NCBI GenBank assembly: GCA_045645385.1
Contig: JAZRIT010000062.1
Span: forward strand, 25,088 to 89,087
From: Faecousia sp.
GTDB lineage: Bacteria > Bacillota > Clostridia > Oscillospirales > Oscillospiraceae
DNA: 64,000 nt
Direction: 5' to 3'
Translations under genes and position numbers: made by a program
Notes under the pieces: generated by a model
What the model saw: the letters and a program-made list of their open reading frames with translations, nothing else
Database searches by the model: none
Told to the model about the DNA's origin: nothing
In this document: one piece after another, positions 28,233 through 38,076 of the stretch
Position numbering within the stretch: position 1 is the first letter of the stretch
Layout: each line of letters starts with the position of its first letter

Positions 28233-28613
28233 TTAAAGCACATTCCGCCAGCTGAAGCGGTGGGCGTCGGCCATCGCCTGCACCCGCCGGGCCAGCTCCC
28301 GGCAGCAGGCGGCAAAGTGGGGCTCTTCCCCGCTTTCGGCATAGGTCACCATCTCCGCAAACAAGGCGTCCACATCGTCCATTGGACTGTGGTCGGCCAC
28401 CACCGCCGTGCCGTTCCAGGCTTTTTCCCAGCGGTTCTTTGCCTCCATTGCCAACGGCACTGCCCCGTCAAAATCCCCCGCAAGGGTCATATCCGCCGCC
28501 TGGGTCAGCAGCTCGCCGGTGGGCAGATGGGCATTGTCCATTGCTGCCGCTGTTATCATTCCCAAAATCAAAAATACCGCCAAAACCCCGGCGCCAATAT
28601 AGCCTCTTGCCAT
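28233..28613 (-). CDS. DUF4363-like protein
   Basis: N-terminal TM, W..DH..D pattern, coupled to a DUF421 gene as is typical. Confidence 0.7.
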   Translation of the reverse strand: MARGYIGAGVLAVFLILGMITAAAMDNAHLPTGELLTQAADMTLAGDFDGAVPLAMEAKNRWEKAWNGTAVVADHSPMDDVDALFAEMVTYAESGEEPHFAACCRELARRVQAMADAHRFSWRNVL

Positions 28614-29287
28614 TAGGATAACTCCTTTTGTAAAAATACAATATGCTCCTCACTGTCCACCGTCAAAAGCCAGGTATCCTGCACCGTGGCCTGTTTTTCT
28701 TGCAGCACCCGCTGTACCCAACCGGCATCCTTTTTCGCTGCCTGCAGATTCTCTTGCATCAGTTTTCCGTCGGAGATCACGGTAATGGGCAGGGACTGCC
28801 TGCGCACCTGCACCCCCGCATCCCTGGCCGGAGCGGGCATCTCCTTGGGATAGGGAAACACCGACAAATTACCGTTGGTCTCCAAAATGGCATACTGGAC
28901 GCTTCGCAGGTCCAGCACATCCTTTTCCCGCAGGTGGCCGGTGAGTTCATCTATGGTAATGCGGGTCTTGCGGAGATTTTGCTGCAGAATATTGCCGTTT
29001 TCAATAAGGATCACCGGCTTGCCGCAAAGCCACTTCCGCAGCCTGATATTCTTCAGTGCCAACGCAGACAGCACCAGCTCCGCCCCCAGCACCGTAACGA
29101 TGGGGACTACCCCGGAAAACAGAGGGATCGCCCCGTCCTGCATAGGGATAGATGCCAAATTTGCCACCAGCATGGTCACCACAAATTCCGACGGCTCCAT
29201 CTGGCCGATCTGCCGTTTGCCCATGAGCCGGATCACCACCAGCAGCAGCAGATACAAAACAATGGTGCGAATGTAAGATAAAATCAA
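28613..29287 (-). CDS. DUF421/YetF family membrane protein
   Basis: RLMGKRQIGQM, GKPVILIENG, AILETNGNLSV. Confidence 0.9.
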   Translation of the reverse strand: MILSYIRTIVLYLLLLVVIRLMGKRQIGQMEPSEFVVTMLVANLASIPMQDGAIPLFSGVVPIVTVLGAELVLSALALKNIRLRKWLCGKPVILIENGNILQQNLRKTRITIDELTGHLREKDVLDLRSVQYAILETNGNLSVFPYPKEMPAPARDAGVQVRRQSLPITVISDGKLMQENLQAAKKDAGWVQRVLQEKQATVQDTWLLTVDSEEHIVFLQKELS

Positions 29288-29305
29288 AGAACCACCCCAA
29301 AAGTC

Positions 29306-29380
29306 GTAGGGGCGAGCATTGCTCGTCCGTTATTATCAATGCAGTTTTATACAAGCGGACGACCGATGGTCGCCCCTACA
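29306..29380. repeat. REPIN: two inverted 24-nt GTAG REPs with a 26-nt spacer
   Basis: GTAGGGGCGAGCATTGCTCGTCCG ... CGGACGACCGATGGTCGCCCCTAC. Confidence 0.85.
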
Positions 29381-29479
29381 TTACTATTTTCCGTAGTTTT
29401 CCCTTATTTTTCCCAGCTATGCGGAATATTTTGGAGAAAAAGGCTTGACTTTTTCCTTTGGCGCGGCTATAATACACTG

Positions 29480-29546
29480 GCCTGCGTATGCAGGAAAATC
29501 CTTGCTCACGGCTGAAGCCGTGGGCCAAAAGTCCAAAAGGAGGTGC
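29480..29546 (+). promoter_or_regulatory. Probable S6:S18 leader RNA
   Basis: 5' UTR of rpsF; CCTT can pair with the AAGG(AGG) RBS, around the hairpin CTCACGGC-TGAA-GCCGTGGG. Confidence 0.55.
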
Positions 29547-29553
29547 AATCAAC

Positions 29554-29850
29554 ATGGCTAAGACTACCGGTAAGTACGAGGTGCTGTATATCATCGACGC
29601 TACTTTAGGCGAAGAGGAGACTGCAGCCCTGGTGAACAAGTTCAAGGCAATGGTGGAGGCGGAGGGTACTCTGACGAACATTGACGAATGGGGCAAGCGT
29701 CGCTTGGCTTATCTCATCAATGACATGGCAGAGGGCTACTATGTTCTGATGAACATCGAGTGCAAGCCCGAGTTCCCTGCTGAGCTGGAGCGTGTGATGA
29801 AGATCACTGACGGCATCCTGCGCTGCCTGACCACCGCTGTGGAGGAGTAA
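29554..29850 (+). CDS. rpsF: 30S ribosomal protein S6
   Basis: YEVLYII, WGKRRLAY, EGYY. Confidence 0.96.
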   Translation: MAKTTGKYEVLYIIDATLGEEETAALVNKFKAMVEAEGTLTNIDEWGKRRLAYLINDMAEGYYVLMNIECKPEFPAELERVMKITDGILRCLTTAVEE

Positions 29851-29853
29851 TCT

Positions 29854-30309
29854 ATGCTCAACCACATCACTCTTATGGGTCGTTTGGTTCGCGACCCCGA
29901 GCTGCGCCGCACCGGCACCGGTATCGCGGTAACCAGCTTCCGTATTGCTGTTGACCGGGATTATTCCCCCAAAGACAGCAGCGAGAGAAAAGCCGATTTT
30001 ATCGACTGCGTCGCTTGGCGTCAGACCGGAGAGTTTATCTCCAAGTATTTCGCCAAGGGTCGTATGATCGTCGTAGACGGCAGACTCGAGATGCGGGATT
30101 GGAATGACAAAGAAGGCAACAAGCGTACTTCTGCTGAAGTTATCGTGGACAATGCGTACTTCGGTGACAGCAACAAGCGCGACAGCGACGGTGGCAACAC
30201 CTACACCGCTCCCGCTTCCAATTTCGGCGGCTATTCCGCTCCGGCAGCTTCTGCGCCCGCATCGGATTTTGCGATGTTGGACGACGGCGATTCCCAGCTG
30301 CCCTTCTGA
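29854..30309 (+). CDS. ssb: Single-stranded DNA-binding protein
   Basis: GRLVRDPELR, ADFIDCVAW, acidic tail ending LPF. Confidence 0.96.
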   Translation: MLNHITLMGRLVRDPELRRTGTGIAVTSFRIAVDRDYSPKDSSERKADFIDCVAWRQTGEFISKYFAKGRMIVVDGRLEMRDWNDKEGNKRTSAEVIVDNAYFGDSNKRDSDGGNTYTAPASNFGGYSAPAASAPASDFAMLDDGDSQLPF

Positions 30310-30371
30310 TAGGGTTTTTGATAACCCTGAACTGAACTTTTTCACAACTGCTTACAAAGGAGGTTATTCCC

Positions 30372-30608
30372 ATGGCTAACGAACAGCGTATGCGTCCCCG
30401 CAAGCGCAAGAAGGTATGTGCTTTCTGCGTTGACAAGGTGACCGCTATCGACTACAAGGATACCGCCAAGCTCCGTCGCTTCCTGTCTGAGCGCGGCAAG
30501 ATCCTGCCCCGCCGTACCACCGGCACCTGCGCAGCACATCAGCGCAACCTGACCACCGCTATCAAGCGCGCCCGTCAGATCGCTCTGCTGCCCTACGTGG
30601 CTGACTAA
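30372..30608 (+). CDS. rpsR: 30S ribosomal protein S18
   Basis: CAFC, IDYKD, GKILPRR, AIKRAR. Confidence 0.97.
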   Translation: MANEQRMRPRKRKKVCAFCVDKVTAIDYKDTAKLRRFLSERGKILPRRTTGTCAAHQRNLTTAIKRARQIALLPYVAD

Positions 30609-30616
30609 TTGGTCGC

Positions 30617-30650
30617 AAACCGCCCGTTTCTTAGAAACGGGCGGTTTTTT
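30617..30650 (+). terminator. Intrinsic terminator
   Basis: AAACCGCCCGTTTC-TTA-GAAACGGGCGGTTTTTT. Confidence 0.85.
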
Positions 30651-30727
30651 ATGCAAATTTTCATTTTGACCGTGAGGTTTTGCAGTTTTTTGCGTGTAAT
30701 AAGTGTAATACATCAAAGGAGAGGCCT

Positions 30728-31273
30728 GTGGATAAGGGAAGTTGCGACTACCGGCGCTTTTTAGACGGCGACGATGACGGCTTGGAGCAAATCATCGTAA
30801 GCTATAAAGACGGACTCATCTTATATCTGAATACGCTGGTGGGCAACATCGCCTTAGCGGAGGATCTGGCGGAGGACACCTTTGTCCGGCTTTTTACCCG
30901 GCGGCCCCGGGACAAAGGGACAGGGTCGTTCAAAACCTGGCTGTACACCATCGGCAGAAATATCGCCATCAGCCATCTGCGGAAGGCAGGATCGCAGGCC
31001 ACAGTTCCCATTGACACGGTAGAATTTCTGCAAGGCGGTGACGAGCCGCTGACCGCTTATCTGAAAGAGGAAAGCCGGCAGGAATTGCACCGGGCACTGG
31101 AAAAGCTGAAGCCGGAACACCGGCAGATCCTGTGGCTGATTTACTTTGACGGACTTAGCTGTAAAGAAGCCGCCAAGGTGATGAAAAAAAGTGTCCACAG
31201 CACCGAAATGCTGGCCAGCCGCGCGCGGCAGGCTTTAAAAACACAACTGGACGGTTTGGAGGTAACACTATGA
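30728..31273 (+). CDS. ECF-type RNA polymerase sigma-70 factor
   Basis: AEDLAEDTF, SFKTWLYTIGRN (region 2); L..GLSCKEAA...RARQALK (region 4); GTG start after GGAGAGG. Confidence 0.9.
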   Translation: MDKGSCDYRRFLDGDDDGLEQIIVSYKDGLILYLNTLVGNIALAEDLAEDTFVRLFTRRPRDKGTGSFKTWLYTIGRNIAISHLRKAGSQATVPIDTVEFLQGGDEPLTAYLKEESRQELHRALEKLKPEHRQILWLIYFDGLSCKEAAKVMKKSVHSTEMLASRARQALKTQLDGLEVTL

Positions 31274-32712
31274 AAACTGCAAGTCAAATGATCGCAAATG
31301 TACAGCGCCGGAGGGCCGAATACGAAGCCGATGCCAAGGTACGACGGGTAAAAGCCCTGTCTGCCGCAGGCTGCATCTGCGTATCTGCTGCCCTGCTGAT
31401 CGGCGAGGGCACGGGACTGTTCGCCGGTAAGGCCGATGCTGCCAGCTATAAGGTCCTGCTGGATGTGAATCCCAGTATTGAAGTATCCGTAAACAGCAGG
31501 GATAAAATCACCGAGGTCCATCATTTATCTCCCGAGGGGGAGCTGGTGATCGGCGATAACGCCTTGGCCGGCAAGGAAGTGGCCGAAGGTGTGGGTAATC
31601 TTATCGGTGAAATGGTGGAGCAGGGCTTTATCAGCCCGGAAGCCAACACCGTTCTGGTGTCCATTGAGGGCGCGCAAAAGGATAAGGCAGACAAGGTCAA
31701 AACAGAACTGACCGAGAAAATCAACGATCAGCTGACGGATCGGGAGGTGGAAGGCTCTGTCATTGTACAGCAACTCCCCGGGGACAGCACCTTGCAGGAT
31801 ACCTCTTCCGAATACGGCATTTCTCCCGGAAAGGCCCAGCTGATCAGCCAAATTATCGCACAAAATGCCCTGCATACCTATGAGGAGCTGGCTGCTATGT
31901 CCATTCATGAGCTGAATGTGCTGCGGGAGTCATATTATGTAAACTCCGAAAATGTACAGGTCAGCGGCGCGCCCAGTTATATGTCCTACATCGGCGCGCA
32001 GGCAGCTGTCCAGGCAGCCGCTGCCGATGCCGGTATCACCCCCGCCGCTGCCGAAACAGAGCTGACCTGCCGGAACGGTATGATGATCTACTGCGTAGAG
32101 TTTGAAAATGACACCCACGAGTACCGCTACCGCATCAACGCCGTCACCGGCCAGATCGTCACCGCAGAAAAGGTAGAGATCGGCAAGGACACCTTCTTCC
32201 AGGGTGACACCCCCGTGGCAACCGTAGGCGAAAATGCTGCGCTGCATGCAGCCCTCCAGCACGCAGGCGTAGAAAACAGCAAGCTGATCCGCTGCAAGTA
32301 TAAGACTGACTGGGTGGACGGCACGGTGATCTACGATCTGTACTTTACCGACGGCAAGCTCTCCGGCACTTATGTGCTGAACGCCCGCACCGGCGAGATC
32401 CTCAAGCATAAGGTCATTCAGGAATACCACGACCGCAGTGTATCCGCTGCTGTCATCGGTGAGGCCAAGGCCAAGCAGCTGGCCCTTGCCAAGGACGGCC
32501 TGGTGGACGGCAACATTTCCAAGTACGAGATGAATCTGAAGAAGGCCACAGACGGCTATGTATATGAGCTGAACTATATCTGCAGCGGTGTGCGCTACAT
32601 CGTGCAGGTGGCTGCCGCTGACGGCGAGATCCTGGCATTTGAAAAGACCGATTTGAAAGATACCGGCGCGCCCTCTGTGGAGACCGGCAAAAGCAACACG
32701 GCCGAAGGCTAA
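31270..32712 (+). CDS. Membrane anti-sigma factor: RsgI-like (SEAL) domain plus tandem PepSY-like domains
   Basis: Short N-terminus, one TM, LLDVNPSIEVSVN, ISPGKAQL, then three repeats ending INAVTGQIV / LNARTGEIL / VAAADGEIL. Confidence 0.75.
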   Translation: MKTASQMIANVQRRRAEYEADAKVRRVKALSAAGCICVSAALLIGEGTGLFAGKADAASYKVLLDVNPSIEVSVNSRDKITEVHHLSPEGELVIGDNALAGKEVAEGVGNLIGEMVEQGFISPEANTVLVSIEGAQKDKADKVKTELTEKINDQLTDREVEGSVIVQQLPGDSTLQDTSSEYGISPGKAQLISQIIAQNALHTYEELAAMSIHELNVLRESYYVNSENVQVSGAPSYMSYIGAQAAVQAAAADAGITPAAAETELTCRNGMMIYCVEFENDTHEYRYRINAVTGQIVTAEKVEIGKDTFFQGDTPVATVGENAALHAALQHAGVENSKLIRCKYKTDWVDGTVIYDLYFTDGKLSGTYVLNARTGEILKHKVIQEYHDRSVSAAVIGEAKAKQLALAKDGLVDGNISKYEMNLKKATDGYVYELNYICSGVRYIVQVAAADGEILAFEKTDLKDTGAPSVETGKSNTAEG

Positions 32713-32814
32713 ACAATTCCAAACCGCCTGCTTCTTCGGAAGCAGGCGGTTTTTTACTTGCACTCCCCTGCCGGATGTGCTATGATAAATAAAACTGTGA
32801 TTGGGGGAATTTCT

Positions 32815-34092
32815 ATGAAGACAATCTCCTTTCCTTACGGCAAGACCCATTTGGAGTATGCCTTTGACGACAATGAATTGCAGGAGGTATTGACATCCTC
32901 CATTGAAGAATACAAGCCGGAAGCTGACAGGGTATCATTGGTGGAAAAAGCGCTGGAAAACCCCATCGACTCTGCACCCCTGTGGGAGCTGGCCAAGGGC
33001 AAGGATAAAGTGGTCATCATCGCCAGCGACCACACCCGCCCTGTCCCCAGCCGGGTGCTGATGCCCCTGATGCTGGCCCAAATCCGCCGGGGTAATCCCA
33101 ATGCCAAAATTACCATTTTGATCGCCACCGGCTGCCACCGCGGCACAACAGAAGACGAACTGCGGGCAAAATTCGGCGACGAAATTGTGGATAACGAGCA
33201 TATCTATGTCCACGATTGCGACGAAACCGATATGCTGGTCAACATCGGCTCGCTGCCCTCCGGCGGCGAATGTTATGTTAACCGCCTAATCGTGGAAGCA
33301 GACCTCCTGGTAGCCGAGGGCTTCATTGAACCCCATTTCTTTGCAGGCTTCTCCGGTGGCAGAAAGAGCGTTCTGCCCGGTGTCTGCGGTCGGACCACGG
33401 TGCTGGCCAACCACTGCTCGGAATTTATCGCCCATAGGTGCGCCCGCACCGGCATTTTGGAGAATAACCCCATTCACACCGATATGCTCTGGGCAGCAAA
33501 AACCGCCAAATTGGCATTTATTCTCAATGTGGTACTCAACGGCGAAAAGGAAATTATCCACGCAGTAGCAGGCTGCCCGGTGGCCGCTCACGAAGCAGGC
33601 ACCCGCTTCCTGTCCTCCCTGTGCAAGGCCGTGGGTAAAGAGGCGGATATTGTCATTTCCACCAACGGCGGCTATCCCCTGGACCAAAATGTATACCAGG
33701 CGGTCAAGGGTATGACCGCGGCGGAGACTGTGGTAAAACAGGACGGTGTCATCATTATGCTTGCCAAATCTAATGACGGCATCGGCGGCGACCATTTCTA
33801 TCATCAGCTGGCCGACGAGCCGGACATCCAGAAAACGATGGCGGAATTTTTAAGCCGTGACCGGCAGGAAACTGTTCCCGACCAGTGGCAGACCCAAATT
33901 TTACTGCGGATTTTGATGCGCGCAAGGGTCATTTATGTATCTGAAATGCCCGATGCGGTCATCGAAAAGATGCATATGCTCCCCGCCCATTCTTTAGACG
34001 AGGCCATTGAAAAGGCCAAGGCGCTTGTAAATACGCCCGATCCCCGGATCACCGCCATCCCCGACGGTGTTTCCGTAATGGTTATGAGGTAA
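32815..34092 (+). CDS. larA: LarA-family nickel-pincer 2-hydroxyacid racemase/epimerase
   Basis: SDHTRPVP, ATGCHR, VHD, EPHFFAGFSGGRKSVLPG, NH, GGYPLDQNVYQAVKG. Confidence 0.88.
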   Translation: MKTISFPYGKTHLEYAFDDNELQEVLTSSIEEYKPEADRVSLVEKALENPIDSAPLWELAKGKDKVVIIASDHTRPVPSRVLMPLMLAQIRRGNPNAKITILIATGCHRGTTEDELRAKFGDEIVDNEHIYVHDCDETDMLVNIGSLPSGGECYVNRLIVEADLLVAEGFIEPHFFAGFSGGRKSVLPGVCGRTTVLANHCSEFIAHRCARTGILENNPIHTDMLWAAKTAKLAFILNVVLNGEKEIIHAVAGCPVAAHEAGTRFLSSLCKAVGKEADIVISTNGGYPLDQNVYQAVKGMTAAETVVKQDGVIIMLAKSNDGIGGDHFYHQLADEPDIQKTMAEFLSRDRQETVPDQWQTQILLRILMRARVIYVSEMPDAVIEKMHMLPAHSLDEAIEKAKALVNTPDPRITAIPDGVSVMVMR

Positions 34093-34097
34093 CAAAA

Positions 34098-35228
34098 ATG
34101 AAAGTAGTTGTTGCAATCGATTCCTTTAAGGGAAGCCTGTCCTCCCTGCAGGCGGGCAATGCGGTCAAGGACGGGGTGCTGGCGGCATTCCCCGACGCGC
34201 AGGTAATTGTCAAACCCCTGGCTGACGGCGGCGAGGGAACGGTGGAGGCCTTTGCCGGCGCTGCCGGTGTCCGCACGGAGGAAATTACCGTCACTGGCCC
34301 TTTATATCGGCCTGTAGCCGCCAAATACTGCATTTTAGCCGACGGGGTTACCGCGGTGATGGAAATGGCCGCCGCGGCTGGTATTACGCTGCTTTCTGAC
34401 GCAGAACGCAACCCCTTGGAGACCACCACCTACGGCGTAGGTGAGATGATCAAGGATGCTATTGAAAAGGGCTGCCGCCGGTTTATCATCGGCATTGGCG
34501 GCAGCGCCACCAACGACGGCGGCATCGGTATGCTTGCAGCTTTGGGCTACGAATTTTTGGATAAAACCGGCAAGCCCGTGGCCACCTGCGGCAAGGGATT
34601 GGAGAATATCGCCCGAATCCGCAAGGAAAATGTTCTGCCGGAGCTGGCAGAATGTGCTTTCCGTATTGCCTGTGATGTAGAAAATCCCCTGTGCGGCGAA
34701 AAAGGTTGCAGCGCCATTTACGGCCCCCAAAAGGGCGCGACCCCGGCGATGATTGCCCATATGGACAGCTGGTTGGCAGAGTATGCCAAAATTGCCAAAA
34801 CCGTCTCCCCCACCGCTGACCCCCTGCGTCCCGGCGTGGGTGCGGCAGGCGGCTTGGGCTTCGCGTTTTTAAGCTTTACAAACGCAGAGTTAAAGTCCGG
34901 AATTGGGCTGCTTTTGGAAGAAATCGCCTTGGAAAAGGACATTAAAAATGCGGATATTGTCGTTACCGGCGAGGGCCGGCTGGATGCCCAGACGGTAATG
35001 GGCAAAGCCCCCATCGGCGTGGCTAAGCTGGCCAAAAAGTACGGCAAAAAGGTCATCGCCTTTTCCGGCTGCGTCACCGAGGACGCCGAGGTCTGTAACG
35101 AACACGGCATCGACGCTTTCTTCCCCGCCCTGCGGAAAGTCACCACTTTGGAAGAAGCATTGGACACAAAAAACGCCTATCAAAACCTGCGAAAAACCGC
35201 CACCCAGGTCTTCCGGCTTCTGCGGTAA
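34098..35228 (+). CDS. glxK: Glycerate kinase (GlxK/GarK family)
   Basis: DSFKGSL, ADGGEGT, GGSATNDGG, GAAGGLG, TGEGRLD. Confidence 0.92.
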   Translation: MKVVVAIDSFKGSLSSLQAGNAVKDGVLAAFPDAQVIVKPLADGGEGTVEAFAGAAGVRTEEITVTGPLYRPVAAKYCILADGVTAVMEMAAAAGITLLSDAERNPLETTTYGVGEMIKDAIEKGCRRFIIGIGGSATNDGGIGMLAALGYEFLDKTGKPVATCGKGLENIARIRKENVLPELAECAFRIACDVENPLCGEKGCSAIYGPQKGATPAMIAHMDSWLAEYAKIAKTVSPTADPLRPGVGAAGGLGFAFLSFTNAELKSGIGLLLEEIALEKDIKNADIVVTGEGRLDAQTVMGKAPIGVAKLAKKYGKKVIAFSGCVTEDAEVCNEHGIDAFFPALRKVTTLEEALDTKNAYQNLRKTATQVFRLLR

Positions 35229-35244
35229 CTGGAAACATACAATT

Positions 35245-35270
35245 GCGGACGACCAATGGTCTCCCCTACA
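35245..35270. repeat. Single GTAG REP (half REPIN)
   Basis: GCGGACGACCAATGGTCTCCCCTACA. Confidence 0.75.
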
Positions 35271-35310
35271 AAAGAATCCCCCTCTGTTTGACGAAACAGA
35301 GGGGGATTCT

Positions 35311-36192
35311 TTATTCTTCATAGGGGAAATACAGGTTTACATCCACATTGCCTTCAATGCCCGGCACTGCGCCGGATTCAGAATACTGCCACATATCGAT
35401 CTTGTAGGGATAGTTCAGCACCGTGTCATACTGGGCCAGCCAAAAGTTATATTCTTTCAGCTCCGCTAAGTACAGCATATCAAAGGACTGGTTGGTGTTG
35501 AAATAGATCATGGGCGTATAGCCGGCATTTTTCACCGTTTCACAGAAGGCCTTGGCGCAATTGGTCAGTGTCCGGGGGTCCATATGGGCGGTGCGGGCAT
35601 CCGTACTGACAAACTCCCAGTCGAACACCAGGGGCATTTGCAGCTCCCAGTCCTTGACGATGTCCAGCAGGTAATTAGCCTCCGCCACCGCCTCGTCCAC
35701 GGTGATGGCCTGGGAGAAAAAGTATGCGCCCACCTGAATACCCGCCGCGGCAGCGCCGGCATAATTGGCCTGGGCATAGCTGTCCTCAAAGAGGTCACCC
35801 TCCTCCGTGCCCCGGGCGCCGGCCCGGATCATGGCAAATTCCACACCGGCCTGCTTGACCTCGGTCCAGTTGATATCCCCCTGCCAGACGGACACATCGA
35901 TGCCCAGCACCGAGGGGGTGGCCAGGCAGGACAAATAGTCCCCGTCCATATAAAAATCACCCATACCGATGGGGTTGGCCTCCGGGGGCGGCAGCGTGGA
36001 TTCCGTAACATGCTCCGCAGTCTCGGTCTGCTCTGTGTCCTCTGTTTCCGGGCCGGGTGCCGCCGGGCGCGCCAGCGCCACGATCACAAAGATCATCGCG
36101 CACAGCACCACCAACCCGCCCACCGCAATTTCCCAGAACAGGGGTTTTTTCACAAGCGCCTTAAAGTCTATCTCTTTTATCTTTACAGGCAT
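35311..36192 (-). CDS. Membrane-anchored GH25 lysozyme/muramidase
   Basis: N-terminal TM, GIDVS, GAYFFSQA, VFDWE, WQYS, VDVN. Confidence 0.9.
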   Translation of the reverse strand: MPVKIKEIDFKALVKKPLFWEIAVGGLVVLCAMIFVIVALARPAAPGPETEDTEQTETAEHVTESTLPPPEANPIGMGDFYMDGDYLSCLATPSVLGIDVSVWQGDINWTEVKQAGVEFAMIRAGARGTEEGDLFEDSYAQANYAGAAAAGIQVGAYFFSQAITVDEAVAEANYLLDIVKDWELQMPLVFDWEFVSTDARTAHMDPRTLTNCAKAFCETVKNAGYTPMIYFNTNQSFDMLYLAELKEYNFWLAQYDTVLNYPYKIDMWQYSESGAVPGIEGNVDVNLYFPYEE

Positions 36193-36299
36193 TGGGATAC
36201 TCCTTGTTTTTTTCTAATATAACACAGCTTTTTCTCCTTGCCAAGACGGGAAATTCCGGTATATTTTCTGCCGGTTTGGGTAAGCTTTAAAAAGGCTGC

Positions 36300-36737
36300 T
36301 TACATCAGAATTTCCGCTTTTACCACACCCGGTGTGCGGCGCAGCAGCTGCAGCAGGTCTTCAATGGGAATCGTCAGATCGATGGTCTCTGCGGAAATGG
36401 TGACTACCGCGCAGCCGTTGGTAGGTACGATGGAATTGATGGTCTGAATGTTGGCCTTATGGTCCACAAACACCGGCAGCAGCTTAAAAAGCGCGCCGAC
36501 CTCATCCTGCAGCAGCAACTGGAAGGTCACCACCCGGCCGCCCATCAGCTGCCGGAAAGGGAAAATTGCATCCCGATACTTATAAAACGCGCTGCGGCTG
36601 ATACCGGTGAGCCGGGCAGCATCGTTAACGGTTGCTGCCTCGCCGGTGGAAAGCAGGCGTTTTGCCTCTGCAACCTTCAAAAATACCTCCGGCAGCGCCG
36701 TTTCTTCTACCACATAATATTTCGGTTGATTGCCCAT
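36300..36737 (-). CDS. UPF0735 ACT-domain regulator (PheB/ThrR-like)
   Basis: LPEVFLKV, GISRSAFYKYRD, C-terminal ACT domain. Confidence 0.85.
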   Translation of the reverse strand: MGNQPKYYVVEETALPEVFLKVAEAKRLLSTGEAATVNDAARLTGISRSAFYKYRDAIFPFRQLMGGRVVTFQLLLQDEVGALFKLLPVFVDHKANIQTINSIVPTNGCAVVTISAETIDLTIPIEDLLQLLRRTPGVVKAEILM

Positions 36738-36839
36738 ACTGTCCTCCTGCGCCGGACAAATGTCCTGTTCTCAGAGGATATTGTAACACATATTTTGGAA
36801 AAAACAACCCCGCATTTGGGAAAAAGAAAGGAGTTTGCT

Positions 36840-37883
36840 ATGTACCGCGTGACTTTGCGCCGGGTGGTCCTGTTATCCGGGGGATTCCTGGCGGCGTGGC
36901 TGTCTGTGCGCTATCTTTTGCCACTGGCTACGCCCTTTTTGGCAGGACTTTTGCTTGCCTTGGCGGCAGAACCGGCGGTCCGGCTGGGCACCCGGCTGAA
37001 GCTGCCCCGGTGGGCCGCCACCGGCATTGGAGTCAGCATTACGCTGCTCTTGCTGGTCAGTCTTGCAGGGGTATTGGGCGCGGTGCTGGTGCGGGAATTG
37101 GGGGTGCTTGCCGGTCGGCTTCCGGACCTGCAGGATACTGTCCGGCAAGCCACTGACCGGCTGCGGCTCTTGCTGGAAAATGCCGCGCAAAGCGCCCCCG
37201 ACGGGGTGCAGCCCCTGGTAAACCGGTCGGTCAACCGGTTATTTTCTTCCGGCTCCGATCTTGTGGAGCAGGCAGCGGGGCGGCTGCCCGGGGCCGTTTC
37301 CGCATTTTTAAGCCGGGTCCCGGACGGGGCGCTGGGCATCGGCACCGGGGTGCTGTCCGGCTTTATGCTGTCGGCGCGGCTGCCGATGCTGAAGACCCTT
37401 TTGGCGCAGAAAATGCCCCCGGCTATCAAAACCAAAATCCTGCCCGCTTTAAAGCGCACCAAGACCGCCCTTCTGGCCTGGCTGAAGGCCCAGTGCAAGC
37501 TTTGCGGCATTACCTTTTGCGTGGTCCTGGCCGGCTTTCTGCTGCTGCGGATCCCATTTGCACCGGTGTGGGCTGCGGTGGTGGCGATTGTGGATGCTGT
37601 CCCTGTGCTGGGGACAGGGACAGTGCTGCTGCCCTGGGCGTTGGTGAGTCTTTTGCAGCACCAGCACCTGCGGTCCGTGGGTCTTCTTTGCACCTATGCC
37701 GCCGCATTCCTTACCCGGACAGTATTAGAGCCCCGGTTGGTGGGCAAGCATTTAGGCCTTGACCCTCTGGTAACTTTGGTTTTTCTGTATTTAGGCTACC
37801 GGTTCTGGGGTATTTTGGGTATGCTGCTATCACCTATGCTGGCCGCCGCATTAACCGCTGCTGCCCGGCAAGCGGAGAATTGA
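36840..37883 (+). CDS. ytvI: Sporulation integral membrane protein YtvI (AI-2E family)
   Basis: Multi-TM, DAVPVLGTGTVLLPW, EPRLVG..LGLDPL; start at ATG 36840 after AAGGAG. Confidence 0.82.
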   Translation: MYRVTLRRVVLLSGGFLAAWLSVRYLLPLATPFLAGLLLALAAEPAVRLGTRLKLPRWAATGIGVSITLLLLVSLAGVLGAVLVRELGVLAGRLPDLQDTVRQATDRLRLLLENAAQSAPDGVQPLVNRSVNRLFSSGSDLVEQAAGRLPGAVSAFLSRVPDGALGIGTGVLSGFMLSARLPMLKTLLAQKMPPAIKTKILPALKRTKTALLAWLKAQCKLCGITFCVVLAGFLLLRIPFAPVWAAVVAIVDAVPVLGTGTVLLPWALVSLLQHQHLRSVGLLCTYAAAFLTRTVLEPRLVGKHLGLDPLVTLVFLYLGYRFWGILGMLLSPMLAAALTAAARQAEN

Positions 37884-37918
37884 GAACTGAAAATTATCGG
37901 GCAGACCACATTTTAGCA

Positions 37919-37957
37919 GGAGATTTCCACGGGCGGCAAGCCGCCCTCGCAATGACA
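37919..37957. repeat. TGTCATTGCGA-family REP-like element
   Basis: GGAGATTTCCACGGGCGGCAAGCCGCCCTCGCAATGACA. Confidence 0.7.
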
Positions 37958-38076
37958 AACGAAACATACACCCATGAATTTTTCATAAATTTCTCGCCAA
38001 CAGGGTAGAACTTGACGAATTCTTATGTTATAATGTGTACAAGTATATCTATGCCTGTCTATGGAGAGAGAGAATT

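Noticed and set aside
35311-36192. GH25 as a phage endolysin
   Set aside because: It has an N-terminal membrane anchor and no holin or phage context; more likely a host autolysin.
36459-36839. N-terminal extensions in the ORF track (ytvI, PBP2, pgk, rpmA, yitT and others)
   Set aside because: They overlap neighbouring genes or repeats; downstream starts have an RBS and match family N-termini.
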